NCBI GenBank assembly: GCA_045047305.1
Contig: JASFYO010000002.1
Coordinates: 96,001 to 160,000 of the forward strand
Length of the DNA stretch: 64,000 nt
Direction: 5' to 3'
From: Planctomycetota bacterium
GTDB taxonomy: Bacteria; Planctomycetota; UBA1135
Part shown: in pieces, positions 50,377-59,858 of the stretch
Numbering within the stretch: position 1 is the stretch's first letter
Layout: the number at the start of each line of letters is the position of its first letter
Notes under the pieces: model-generated
What the model was told of the DNA's origin: nothing
Databases searched by the model: none
The model's input: only the letters and a program-made list of their open reading frames with translations
Translations under genes and position numbers: made by a program

Positions 50377-51155
50377 TGGAGATCCTCCCCGACAGCAATC
50401 TGCGGCATGACGCCAACCCCGAATTCCAACACGATGCGTTGTTCCATACGTTTTGCGTTACGTGGCAAGACCTCAAATGCAGTCAGCCCTAGTGGATTTC
50501 CACTTGCTTGTTCCGCAGCTAACTTACGCAAAAAAGGAGTTGCGCTCACTCGTTTGAAGACAATCTCCATGGTTACAGGAGTGATGTCTAGTGGCGATGC
50601 ATGGCGCCCACTACGACGCCTTCTCTTTTGTGAAATTCGGATTTTATCGACCTTGGAGGCTCCGTGATCCACCGCCATGTGAACCACACGATCCACCACG
50701 TCGAGGCCATGAAGAATGCGTTCGATCTGTTGTGGTTGCGAAGGCGAAACCGGAGGTAGACCTAAGGAGTCATCCACTTCACAGTTGTGACGCAAGGACC
50801 ATCCAATGATTTCGTCGCGCAGTTCCCCTGTCAGCGAAATGTAATGCTGAGCAGCTGGGGTTCCATTTGGAATCCGAAACCGTTCTCGAAACGGTGGCAG
50901 AGACATGCGTCCGAGCTCAGCGTTGCGTTCCTGCAAGGACGCTAGGCGCTTCTCCAAGGTGGCCACTTGAGCCGCTCCGTACATACTGCTCGAGTTCATC
51001 TTGCGCCGCGTGCTCGAGATGGAACTTGAGCTGCGCCGAAAATCCTCTTTCGACCCACTGCTGGTGAAGGCAAGCAGGATGAAGAACGCCACCACTCCGC
51101 CGGCAAGGCCAAGAATGAAGCGACGGTGGGTTTGCCAGAATGCGTCGAAATTCAC
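50373..51155 (-). CDS. PilO/GspM-like alignment protein
   Basis: One TM, short coiled coil and a ferredoxin-like alpha/beta pattern, directly after PilMN. Confidence 0.55.
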   Translation of the reverse strand: MNFDAFWQTHRRFILGLAGGVVAFFILLAFTSSGSKEDFRRSSSSISSTRRKMNSSSMYGAAQVATLEKRLASLQERNAELGRMSLPPFRERFRIPNGTPAAQHYISLTGELRDEIIGWSLRHNCEVDDSLGLPPVSPSQPQQIERILHGLDVVDRVVHMAVDHGASKVDKIRISQKRRRRSGRHASPLDITPVTMEIVFKRVSATPFLRKLAAEQASGNPLGLTAFEVLPRNAKRMEQRIVLEFGVGVMPQIAVGEDLQ

Positions 51156-52813
51156 TGATTATCCTCCGCGTCGAATTCTTCCCCTTCAGGCTCAGGCTCA
51201 TTCATTAACTGGGTCCGAAAACTCCACTCAAAACTTTTTCCTCGTGGATTCGAACTCGGTTGCATGTCGCGGTCAGCATCGGCTAAGAGAGCGCCCATGC
51301 CACCGGCGAAAACACCAAAAGCCTGACTTGCGGCGCGCACGTCGTCTTCTGCGCGTCCGGCAACTTCAAACACTGGGATTCGGCGCCCCTCGTGTCCGAA
51401 CTCCTTACCGTCGGCTAGGTCCACCCGAATCGATTCAACCCACAAACTTTCTGGCAGAGAACGTTCCATGTACTGCAACAGGGCGTTGGTGCCAAATGAA
51501 ATCGCAAAGCGCGATTCCAAGTCGTTATACAACAGGCTTTCCAAACGCACTTGCTCTAACAATTCGTTCGCGCGGGTGTTGCTACTTTCGATGCGTTTCT
51601 TACTAGCTTGCATCGCCTTCGATGATTTGCCTGCATCCTCAGCCAAACCGCCCATGATGATGAAATTTACCACCACAAAAGCAACCGCTGCCATCCCCAT
51701 CAAGATGTTGAAGATTGTGCGCTCGGAGAACTCTTTCTTCGCGCGCGCCGCAGCGGTGAGAATTTCCAAGGCATAGAGCTCAGAATCTGCTGCACCGAGC
51801 CCCAAACCCAGGGCCACAGTGGCACCAGGTCCGTCAGCTTCCAACTGCTCGATTTCGTCTTCTGGCAAAGATTCCACGTCGACCATTTCGACAGGATTCC
51901 ACACCTGAACAGGAACCCGCATGCGAGCTTCCAGGAATTCACTAAGACCGTTGGTATTAGCGCCACCTCCGGTGAGCAAAACGCGGTCCAAAGTCAACTC
52001 ACTCAAGCGCGCTTGCGCCTTGCATAAGGTCACCACTCCGCCTAGCAGAGTCGGCAAGCTCTCATACATTGGCATAAGAGGCCGGGTAACACGCTCGGCA
52101 TCGCTACTAAGACGTTCGCCGAGAGCGAGACGCAAATCCAAGTGCTTATGGATCAAACTGCGCGCACGTTCGCTATCAATCTTTAGTTGACCGGCAAGAG
52201 TGCTGTCGCGTTTTTCTAAGCTAGTCGATACAGAGCGCGCAAAATAAAGCTCGGTGCCATGGACCAACGCCAAATCCAAAGTCCCTGCGCCAATGCTAGC
52301 AATCAAAGTAGTCGATGCCTCGTGATCGCCGAGCACTAGGTATGCGTTGTAGAGGGCAACCGCATTCGGAGTGAATGCTTTGACACTCAAGCCACCAAGA
52401 TCGTTCATCGTGGACTCCAGCAAATCCTCGCGCACCAAGCTGAGTAGCATGGTGTCCTCGTCGTCGAGGCCTTTTGGCACCGGCAAGAGGTTGTAGGAAG
52501 ATGCCAAACTGGAACCCGACCGCGATTCCACCTCGCGAATTTCAAACTCCATCAGGCGCTCAAGTCGCCAATCCTCCACCGGAGGCACAGGCAAGTAACG
52601 CATCATCAAGTCCGAGCCAGTCAAACCAAGCTCGACTTGCCCTAACTTCTTCGCAGCACCAACAAGCACGGCACGGGCGGCTTCAACAGGAGATTCCTTG
52701 CCCTCTGGCGCCGCTGCCATGTAACGAGTTAAACGATGATGGCCTTTACTTGCTTCGAAAGCAGCTAAACGCACCAAGGAGGTACCAAGGTCAATTCCAC
52801 ATCCTTTGGCCAT
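51152..52813 (-). CDS. pilM: PilM actin-like protein fused to a PilN-like domain
   Basis: GIDLGTSLVRLA, VLLTGGGA, ALGLGL, then LEILT (INLLP-like), TM, coiled coil and LPESLWVESI. Confidence 0.82.
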   Translation of the reverse strand: MAKGCGIDLGTSLVRLAAFEASKGHHRLTRYMAAAPEGKESPVEAARAVLVGAAKKLGQVELGLTGSDLMMRYLPVPPVEDWRLERLMEFEIREVESRSGSSLASSYNLLPVPKGLDDEDTMLLSLVREDLLESTMNDLGGLSVKAFTPNAVALYNAYLVLGDHEASTTLIASIGAGTLDLALVHGTELYFARSVSTSLEKRDSTLAGQLKIDSERARSLIHKHLDLRLALGERLSSDAERVTRPLMPMYESLPTLLGGVVTLCKAQARLSELTLDRVLLTGGGANTNGLSEFLEARMRVPVQVWNPVEMVDVESLPEDEIEQLEADGPGATVALGLGLGAADSELYALEILTAAARAKKEFSERTIFNILMGMAAVAFVVVNFIIMGGLAEDAGKSSKAMQASKKRIESSNTRANELLEQVRLESLLYNDLESRFAISFGTNALLQYMERSLPESLWVESIRVDLADGKEFGHEGRRIPVFEVAGRAEDDVRAASQAFGVFAGGMGALLADADRDMQPSSNPRGKSFEWSFRTQLMNEPEPEGEEFDAEDNQ

Positions 52814-54561
52814 TAGTTTGCCTCCTGTTGAATCCAGCCCGAAAGCACTGGATAAGTACTCGCGAGTGCGTTTTTCACCCGGCTGCGATAATTCTTCGCC
52901 TTTTCCGCTTCCGCCGCGCGGAGTTCATCAAGGCTGGATTCTAATAGGCCAGATAACTCCAACGATTGACCTTCGATATTCGTTCCTGGAAAGCGGGAAG
53001 CTAGTTCCAAAACCTGTTGATTCAATCCATCGAGTTGGCCGATGGCGCCGACAAACAAAGCACCAGAAGCACGTAGTTGCAAGTTTGAGAATTCGGCACG
53101 CCCACTTTCAATCGCGTTGCGCGAAAGCACCAGTGCCTCTTGCACCTTGAGGTCGTCGAGCGGAAGTTCGCGCAATAAACGAGCAGTGGAGTTCAGCAAC
53201 AAGCGCACATCGCCGGAGCGAGCGGCACGACTGATTTCTTGGGTCAAGCGAGCGGCATCGGTGATGACTTCACGTAAATCCCAAAGCAACTCCAACGAGC
53301 TGTCAACGGCCAACCGAGCTTCCACTTGTCCACCAATCACCGTGCTTGGTTTTGCGGGGCGTAAAAGGAAGCGGCTAGCCCCTCCTCCAATCAACAAACC
53401 TGGGCTGTTGTCGACGCGAACACCACGTGCATTCCCAACAGGACCACCGTCTCCAAGGATGAGAAATGCACCGGCTTCATTCAGGGTGTCGGTGGCGGCA
53501 ACTGCCAACTCGGCCTTGCCAGAAGCGGTAAAGGTCATGCCATTGGCGCTGGGCGCCCATGAGCCACCCTGGCCGTGTATCACCAATAAATCGCCCAAAG
53601 GTCCGGTTAGAAACAGGTTGGCGCCACTGCTAATAGCGCTACCCGAAGGGGTCGACACTTTGCTCGGAGCACCCTCGGCAGCTTCTACTGTCAAAGCGGA
53701 GAGCGAACCACTACCCTCCAAAACCAAGCTTAGCTGAAACCATTTGGCCTCAGCAGGAAGGGCCAAAGTAGAGGTTCCAGAGGACAGGTCCTGCGCCTCC
53801 CACCGTCCGATGACAACTTCTTGGTCTTCATCTTCACCCCAACTGATGACCGGACGAACGGAAAGATCACTGACGCTGGCTGAAATCGTTAGCGCACCGT
53901 CTTGCATTGGAAAGGAACGCGACAATCGGATTTCATTACGCCCTGAGGCATTTTGAACCCTTCCATCGGCCAGGGTCACACCTTTCGGCAGGGCCCAGGC
54001 TTCGGCCTCGTCAAAGGTGCCGTAATTTCCGATAGCGTCGAGACTTGCTACTGCGGAACCACCTTCCGAAGAACCGCGGCCCGGCTGATCGACTTCGGCA
54101 TCGCTGCCGCCAAGAGTCCACCATGCAGCACCTCCTCCAGCGAGAATGAGAACAGCACCTAGAACCATAGTCAGCGGGCCACCTTTCTTTTTACCAGACA
54201 TCGCTGCCTCGCGAGCGCGGCGGTGGACGTCGTCGTCGGCGGCATCTCCAGCAGAGGAAATCGAGGCGGAGGATGTATCTAGGTAACGCAAAGAGCAATC
54301 ACCGAGGCGCATCTCGCTACCTGGAAACCACTCTCCGTCATTCACTTGGACGCCGCCGGCCCAAGTGCCATTAGTCGAACCCAAATCGCGGAAGCGGAGT
54401 GTGCCGCCTGCGTCAATTTGGAGTTCAAGATGTCGGCCCGACACGGAATCCAACGCCAAAACCAAATCGTTGGTCTTGGCGCGGCCGATGCTGTGTGTGC
54501 CCGGGCCGAGGTCTAGGACCTTACCCGTGTCGGGACCACTTAGGATCTCAATTTGAACCAT
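52813..54561 (-). CDS. FHA-domain single-pass membrane protein
   Basis: IGRAKTND, VSGRH, DLGSTNGT FHA motifs, then TM and a large extracytoplasmic part. ATG at 54561. Confidence 0.85.
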   Translation of the reverse strand: MVQIEILSGPDTGKVLDLGPGTHSIGRAKTNDLVLALDSVSGRHLELQIDAGGTLRFRDLGSTNGTWAGGVQVNDGEWFPGSEMRLGDCSLRYLDTSSASISSAGDAADDDVHRRAREAAMSGKKKGGPLTMVLGAVLILAGGGAAWWTLGGSDAEVDQPGRGSSEGGSAVASLDAIGNYGTFDEAEAWALPKGVTLADGRVQNASGRNEIRLSRSFPMQDGALTISASVSDLSVRPVISWGEDEDQEVVIGRWEAQDLSSGTSTLALPAEAKWFQLSLVLEGSGSLSALTVEAAEGAPSKVSTPSGSAISSGANLFLTGPLGDLLVIHGQGGSWAPSANGMTFTASGKAELAVAATDTLNEAGAFLILGDGGPVGNARGVRVDNSPGLLIGGGASRFLLRPAKPSTVIGGQVEARLAVDSSLELLWDLREVITDAARLTQEISRAARSGDVRLLLNSTARLLRELPLDDLKVQEALVLSRNAIESGRAEFSNLQLRASGALFVGAIGQLDGLNQQVLELASRFPGTNIEGQSLELSGLLESSLDELRAAEAEKAKNYRSRVKNALASTYPVLSGWIQQEAN

Positions 54562-54690
54562 ACGTGGGATGTTAGAGCGCCGCATGAGGAACCCAGCGGG
54601 CAGGTGGAAGTCTAAGCCCGCCCTTACGTTGCGGGCAAACCTCGTATGCCATCCTATCTCCACCTGCCGCTCCAGTAACCTTGACCGAGC

Positions 54691-55413
54691 ATGCGTTTCT
54701 TCTTCCTGACCACCTCGCCCGAAAGCGCCCATGGACCCTGGCGGCCAGAGGCAGAATTAGCCCGCCACTTGAAGGCTCTTCGTTTTCAGCCGGGTGAGGA
54801 GCTATTACTGCTCCCAGCACGAGGCGATGCCTACCATGCAACCTTCCACAGTGTGGACCATTTAGAACTGCTCGGGCGCACCGAGCGCCCCCAGCTTCCG
54901 CTGCTAAAGGTGACCCTTGCCACCGCCTGGCCCAAGGGCTCTCGCGGCGATGAGCTGCTTCGCCGATCCACCGAAAACGGAGTAACCCACCTACTACCAT
55001 TGGCTTGCGCACGCAGCGTAGTCGGGCGCGGCGAATTTAGTCCGTCGCGCCTGGCACGCTGGAACAAAATTGCCCAAGAAGTCTGTCAGCAAACCCGGCG
55101 CCCAGTGCTGCCTCGTATGGACCTCCAACCGACCCAGCTAAAGGACCTGCGTGCGGCCTTCCCCGATGCCCACCCCATTGCTTTGTTCCCTGGGACTTGG
55201 CCGCTTGGCATGGAGCTCGACCTCCATCGCCCCACCCATATTCTCTTGGTCGTGGGCCCCGAAGGTGGATTCACGGATGAGGAAGAAGCCTTGATGCGCG
55301 ATCAGAAATACAGCTTTGCTGGCTTATCTCCAACCATTTTACGCATCGAGGCAGCTGGCCCCCTGGCGATTGGTCTATGTCAGCACCACTATTTAATGCG
55401 CCAGGGGCACTAA
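54691..55413 (+). CDS. rsmE: 16S rRNA m3U1498 methyltransferase
   Basis: HLKALR, TENGV, A.E..QQ.RR, VGPEGGF, ILRIEAA. Confidence 0.92.
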   Translation: MRFFFLTTSPESAHGPWRPEAELARHLKALRFQPGEELLLLPARGDAYHATFHSVDHLELLGRTERPQLPLLKVTLATAWPKGSRGDELLRRSTENGVTHLLPLACARSVVGRGEFSPSRLARWNKIAQEVCQQTRRPVLPRMDLQPTQLKDLRAAFPDAHPIALFPGTWPLGMELDLHRPTHILLVVGPEGGFTDEEEALMRDQKYSFAGLSPTILRIEAAGPLAIGLCQHHYLMRQGH

Positions 55414-55430
55414 AAAGCAGCCGGCCGCCC

Positions 55431-57125
55431 CTAATCCTGGGCCGCAACCCGCATATAGAAGTTGCGATCAAGCTCGAAGGACTTCAGCGCGGACTTCAGC
55501 GCAATCTCTTTTGGAGTCTCGGAAACAAGGACACGCTGCTCTTTGCCGTTGATGTGCAAAAGAACCGGCACGCTGAATCCCGGCACCACGTCCTCGAACC
55601 AAACTGATAAGGACTTCCCTTTAACCGCGTATTTGAGCAGTGGAAGGCCTGCCGTGCGCAAGTACTGATCAAACACTCGACTGAAATCGAAACCTGACAC
55701 ACGACTGATGTAAGCCTCGACCTGAGCTGTGGTCACAGTCTGATGCCAAAACTCCTTTTGCAGGCCAAGCAAAACGGCATGCCACTTTTCGTCGTCGTTC
55801 AAAATATGCCGCATGGTGTGCAGCATGTTGGCGCCTTTGGGGTACATGTCTCCCGCACCCGAGTTATTCAGGCCATATTTCCCAATGATGGGCGCCCGGT
55901 TCGCAATTCCTTTGCGAATACCAACGATGTAATCTTGAGCCTCGGCTTTGCTGAAGTGATACTCCACATAGAGACTCTCCGCATAGGTCCCGAAACCCTC
56001 GTGAATCCACATATCTGCGCTGTCTTTCATCGAAATATTATTGCCCCACCACTCGTGGGCAGATTCGTGAATGATGATGTAGTCAAATTTAAGACCGATT
56101 CCAGTACCGCTCAAATCGCGCCCGCGATATCCATTCTTGAATCCGTTGCCATACGTCACCGAGCTCTGATGCTCCATACCCAAGTACGGCACCACCACTA
56201 ACTTGTAACTGTCTTCATAAAAAGGGTATTTGCCAAACCAGTACTCGAAAGCCTCAAGGGTGAGCGGCACTTGCTGGAATTGCTTTCGCGCTTTTTCCTC
56301 CTGCCCCTTCAGCACCCAGTAGTCGAGGTCCAACTTCCCAAACTCGCCCTCGTACACACCCGGCATTTCCACATAGTTGCCAATGTTCACATTCACCCCG
56401 TAGTTGTTAATCGGGTTCAGCACTTGCCAGTGGAAAGTACTGGTCTTCGCAGCAGAATTCTCCGAACGATCCTTTAAGCGGCCATTCGATACCGCTGTTA
56501 AACCCTGCGGAACGGTAATCCGCATGTCCATACCGCGATTGGGCTCATCCGCGCCATGGTCCTTATTCGGCCACCAAATGCTCGCACCAATCCCTTGGCA
56601 AGTCGTAGCGATGAAAGGATTTCCATCTTCATCTTTATTCCAGGTGAAACCACCACTCCACGGTGGATTTTTACTTTCAACCGGAGTGCCCTCATAGAAG
56701 ATCTGAACTTGATCCTCCACCGCTGGCACCAGGGCTTGCGGGAACTGAATCCAATAAACATTGCCCTCACGTTCGAAGTCCAAGTCTGCGTCGCCGTGAA
56801 CCACCCGTGTAATGACCAAAGGCGGCTGTAAATCCACCTGCATCCGATCGCCTGCCGCTACGGTACGAAAGGAAATGATGTTTGACCCCTTAATGCTTTT
56901 CGTCTTAGGAAAAACTTGCAGGGTGAGGTCGTAATGCTGCACATCCCACCACGCGCGCTCAGGTGTTATGGAGCCGCGCAGTTGGTCCTGACGGTTGAAT
57001 CCTTCTGGGATGGCACTGTCCTGGGAAGCGGAATCTTCTTGCGCTGCACTTTGAACGGACGATGCTAAGAATACCGACAACGTGAACACTACAAACAGAA
57101 GCGACTTGGTGATGCGATGTTGCAT
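55431..57125 (-). CDS. Exported M1 family aminopeptidase
   Basis: Signal peptide, LGMEHQ, HESAHEWWGN, WIHEGF, MYPKGA. Confidence 0.93.
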   Translation of the reverse strand: MQHRITKSLLFVVFTLSVFLASSVQSAAQEDSASQDSAIPEGFNRQDQLRGSITPERAWWDVQHYDLTLQVFPKTKSIKGSNIISFRTVAAGDRMQVDLQPPLVITRVVHGDADLDFEREGNVYWIQFPQALVPAVEDQVQIFYEGTPVESKNPPWSGGFTWNKDEDGNPFIATTCQGIGASIWWPNKDHGADEPNRGMDMRITVPQGLTAVSNGRLKDRSENSAAKTSTFHWQVLNPINNYGVNVNIGNYVEMPGVYEGEFGKLDLDYWVLKGQEEKARKQFQQVPLTLEAFEYWFGKYPFYEDSYKLVVVPYLGMEHQSSVTYGNGFKNGYRGRDLSGTGIGLKFDYIIIHESAHEWWGNNISMKDSADMWIHEGFGTYAESLYVEYHFSKAEAQDYIVGIRKGIANRAPIIGKYGLNNSGAGDMYPKGANMLHTMRHILNDDEKWHAVLLGLQKEFWHQTVTTAQVEAYISRVSGFDFSRVFDQYLRTAGLPLLKYAVKGKSLSVWFEDVVPGFSVPVLLHINGKEQRVLVSETPKEIALKSALKSFELDRNFYMRVAAQD

Positions 57126-57179
57126 GTATCCAGGATAACGTATCTTGGATTCTTAAGGTTTCCCGGAATCGTCCCTGAT

Positions 57180-57782
57180 TTACAACCATCCCTCTTCCAA
57201 AAACGAAAGGAAACTACCTGCGCCAATCACCACATGGTCCAATAACTCAATACCAAGCAAACGCCCTGCGCGCTGCAGACGACGTGTTGTGGTGCGATCA
57301 TCCGCGCTTGGTTGAGGGTCCCCTGAGGGATGATTATGTGCCACTAGAATTGCTGCCGCACGGCGACTTAGAGCTGGAGCGAAGACTTCCCGTGGATGCA
57401 CCAGGGAAGAGCTTAAGGTTCCGCGACTGATCTCTGCCTCGAAGAGAAGGCGGCCCTTACTGTCCAGGTAAAGCGCATAAAACACTTCACAGGGAAGGTG
57501 CGCGAGCTTGGGAGCCAAATAGCGGAAGACATCTTCGCCACCGCAAATCGGCGGCTCCAAAACAGCAGCATCAAGTACGGCGCGGCGCCCCAGTTCCATC
57601 GCGGCAGCCAAACGCTGGGCCGAAGCCGGCTCCAAGGTATGCCGTGCAGCTAAATCGGCTGGTTCCATTCCAGTAAAAGCAGCCAAGGAAACTTCTTGCT
57701 CCAGCTTTACGCCGAAAGAAGCTAAGAGTTCGCTCTCATTCCAAGTAGAAACAGGGCGCGTACAAAACGAGGAAGTATTCAT
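57180..57782 (-). CDS. radC: RadC (JAB/MPN) family protein
   Basis: AAMELGRR, GTL..SLVHPREVF, HNHPSGDP.PS.DD, LLDHVVI. N-terminus shortened. Confidence 0.92.
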   Translation of the reverse strand: MNTSSFCTRPVSTWNESELLASFGVKLEQEVSLAAFTGMEPADLAARHTLEPASAQRLAAAMELGRRAVLDAAVLEPPICGGEDVFRYLAPKLAHLPCEVFYALYLDSKGRLLFEAEISRGTLSSSLVHPREVFAPALSRRAAAILVAHNHPSGDPQPSADDRTTTRRLQRAGRLLGIELLDHVVIGAGSFLSFLEEGWL

Positions 57783-57813
57783 CCGCCATGACGACGGACT
57801 CCCCGTTCAAAAG

Positions 57814-59187
57814 TTACAGGTTTTCCCAGCGCGCACGATGATTCGCCTCGACCGTGGCAAAACTCAAGCCGAATGTACGTTCCCAGCCCTCTTCAAAGGT
57901 ATGCCCACGCACATTCTGAAAAAGATTGTGCAACACACCACGACCATATTCGTCTTCCAGCCAACCACAGAACGCCATCGAATAAAAATATGCCTGCGCA
58001 ACTCGGTCCCGATCCGTCCACGCGGTCCAATTGGAATCCAAGTCCTGTACTGAAATCCGCAAAGGCAAACGCGCACGCAATCCATCGCGTGCTAATTCCA
58101 CAGCATGGCCTTCTGCAATCTGCGCCATCCCCTCTTGCAGCCAAGTAGGAAGTCGGGTACCCAAAGTGAACAGCACGGCATGGGTTAGCTCATGGCGCAG
58201 AGTACTCCGAATAGCTTCTTTGCCGGCCGGATAGTCATCAATCACAATGCGCACACGCCCATCATATAAACCACTGGACCAATCGGGCGCACGCCATTGA
58301 TATTGCTCTGGGTCAAGCCACATCACTAGGATTCGTTGCTGTGGCTGAATACCGAGCAGGGCGACGACATCGGCGTAAGCTTCTTCTAAATCGCGCTTGA
58401 GGTCTGGAATCCATGCCACCATATCCGGGTCTTCTGGATCGAAGCGTGATTCGAAATGCGCGGTTGCGTCGGTCAGGAAAGTGCGATAAAGCTCTTCTTC
58501 GGTGCGCAACTGACTTGCGCGTTCGGCGAGATAAGGATCGTCTGGCGACTGCTCCAGCGCATCTGTAATTTCCTGCAGCGCACGTTGCAGGTCGCCCTCC
58601 AGCGCGGCAAGGTCGGCCGACAAGCGCAGCAACGCCGGCTGCTTGGGAAACTTCCCGAGCGCCGTATCCAAAACGGAACGCGCCTCTACCCGACGTCCGA
58701 TGCGCAAATAAATCCGTGCAATTCCGTAGGCCGGAATACCCTCATCAGCATCCACTTCCTGCGCCTCCAGCAACAGCTTCACCGCTTTCGCATGCCGCCC
58801 AGAACTGCCTTCGAGGCCAGCCCACCGTCCGAGAGAGCGAGATAGGTTCAAGCGTATCACCACGTCTTCTGGTGCGAGCGCTACGGCCTCACGCAATAGC
58901 AGAACCGCTTGCTGCGGGTTCTTCTGCTCGAGTGCTGCTAAGGCGCGTTGATTGAGCTCTAAGGCATTCAGGCGTTGCACATCCCCTTGCCCGATTTCCT
59001 CAGCAAAGGCCAGTTCTTCGGCACTCGGCTCCACCGCGGTTTGCGCGAGCAAAGCTTCGCGTTGAATCACGGCTCTACCTTCAGATAGGTCTGGGATCGA
59101 AGTTTCTGCTTGCTCACTCTTATGCAAGTAAGCGTAGACGCCGCCGCCAAGCAGGAGTGCCGCCAAGATGAGATTGCGAAGATTCAT
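57814..59187 (-). CDS. Membrane-anchored TPR protein with MA-family metallopeptidase domain
   Basis: TM, TPRs, W..GLYDG, HELTH, WLQEG. ATG 59187 overlaps the upstream stop. Confidence 0.85.
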   Translation of the reverse strand: MNLRNLILAALLLGGGVYAYLHKSEQAETSIPDLSEGRAVIQREALLAQTAVEPSAEELAFAEEIGQGDVQRLNALELNQRALAALEQKNPQQAVLLLREAVALAPEDVVIRLNLSRSLGRWAGLEGSSGRHAKAVKLLLEAQEVDADEGIPAYGIARIYLRIGRRVEARSVLDTALGKFPKQPALLRLSADLAALEGDLQRALQEITDALEQSPDDPYLAERASQLRTEEELYRTFLTDATAHFESRFDPEDPDMVAWIPDLKRDLEEAYADVVALLGIQPQQRILVMWLDPEQYQWRAPDWSSGLYDGRVRIVIDDYPAGKEAIRSTLRHELTHAVLFTLGTRLPTWLQEGMAQIAEGHAVELARDGLRARLPLRISVQDLDSNWTAWTDRDRVAQAYFYSMAFCGWLEDEYGRGVLHNLFQNVRGHTFEEGWERTFGLSFATVEANHRARWENL

Positions 59188-59858
59188 GCGTGTAAAGATG
59201 GCAAGCCCCCTTGCGCCATCCAACCGCCACGTCGGTCGGCGAGGATGCGCTCCCAAGGGGCCACCGACCAAGGATAGCCGGATTCTGTGGAGAGCGTTTC
59301 GAGATAAATACGAACCTCTTGCAGTGACTCCGGGCGCAGGATGCGACGCTCCTTAGCGCTGGCTAAATACAAATCGACTTCGATGGAACTGCCCCAACGC
59401 TCGCCATCCGCGGGAAGCAGCTGGCCAGCCGCAAGGTCCCTCTCCAGTACGGCATCCAAGAAGGCCGCGGCTGAGGCCAATACCAAGCTCAAGGTTGCAC
59501 GCTGCGGATAACGCTGAATCCCTTGGCAATAGCCGGCAGCCAGGTCCAGGGCATCGGCATGTTCGGTCAGTTGCGGCCAGTATGGGAAATCACGGCATTG
59601 CGCTGGGCGCTCCGCGTAAATCGAGCAATGGGCATCTCCATCTAAGAGAGAACAACTTCCATCTGCATTTTCCAAGATGGACAAACGATTGCCGACACGA
59701 CGCACAAAGCGTTGCACGAATGGGTCTACTTGGACTCCGAAGGCGGCCGCCATCGCCGGTAAATCGGATTCTTCAAACCAAACTTGCCCATGCCCGACGC
59801 GGCAACAATTTCCACAGCGATGACAATCGAAGGAAAACGCCGGTGCCTTCTCGCTCAT
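59184..59858 (-). CDS. YkgJ family cysteine-cluster (CxxCxxCC) protein
   Basis: FDCHRCGNCC, C.LL..CSIYAERPAQCRDFP. Confidence 0.88.
   Translation of the reverse strand: MSEKAPAFSFDCHRCGNCCRVGHGQVWFEESDLPAMAAAFGVQVDPFVQRFVRRVGNRLSILENADGSCSLLDGDAHCSIYAERPAQCRDFPYWPQLTEHADALDLAAGYCQGIQRYPQRATLSLVLASAAAFLDAVLERDLAAGQLLPADGERWGSSIEVDLYLASAKERRILRPESLQEVRIYLETLSTESGYPWSVAPWERILADRRGGWMAQGGLPSLHA

Noticed and set aside
54631..54660. GGCAAACC resembling a c-di-GMP-I riboswitch
   Set aside because: No GAAA-tetraloop stem or second conserved hairpin follows.
57180..57782. radC as a marker of a mobile element
   Set aside because: No integrase, transposase, att repeats or obvious compositional shift nearby.
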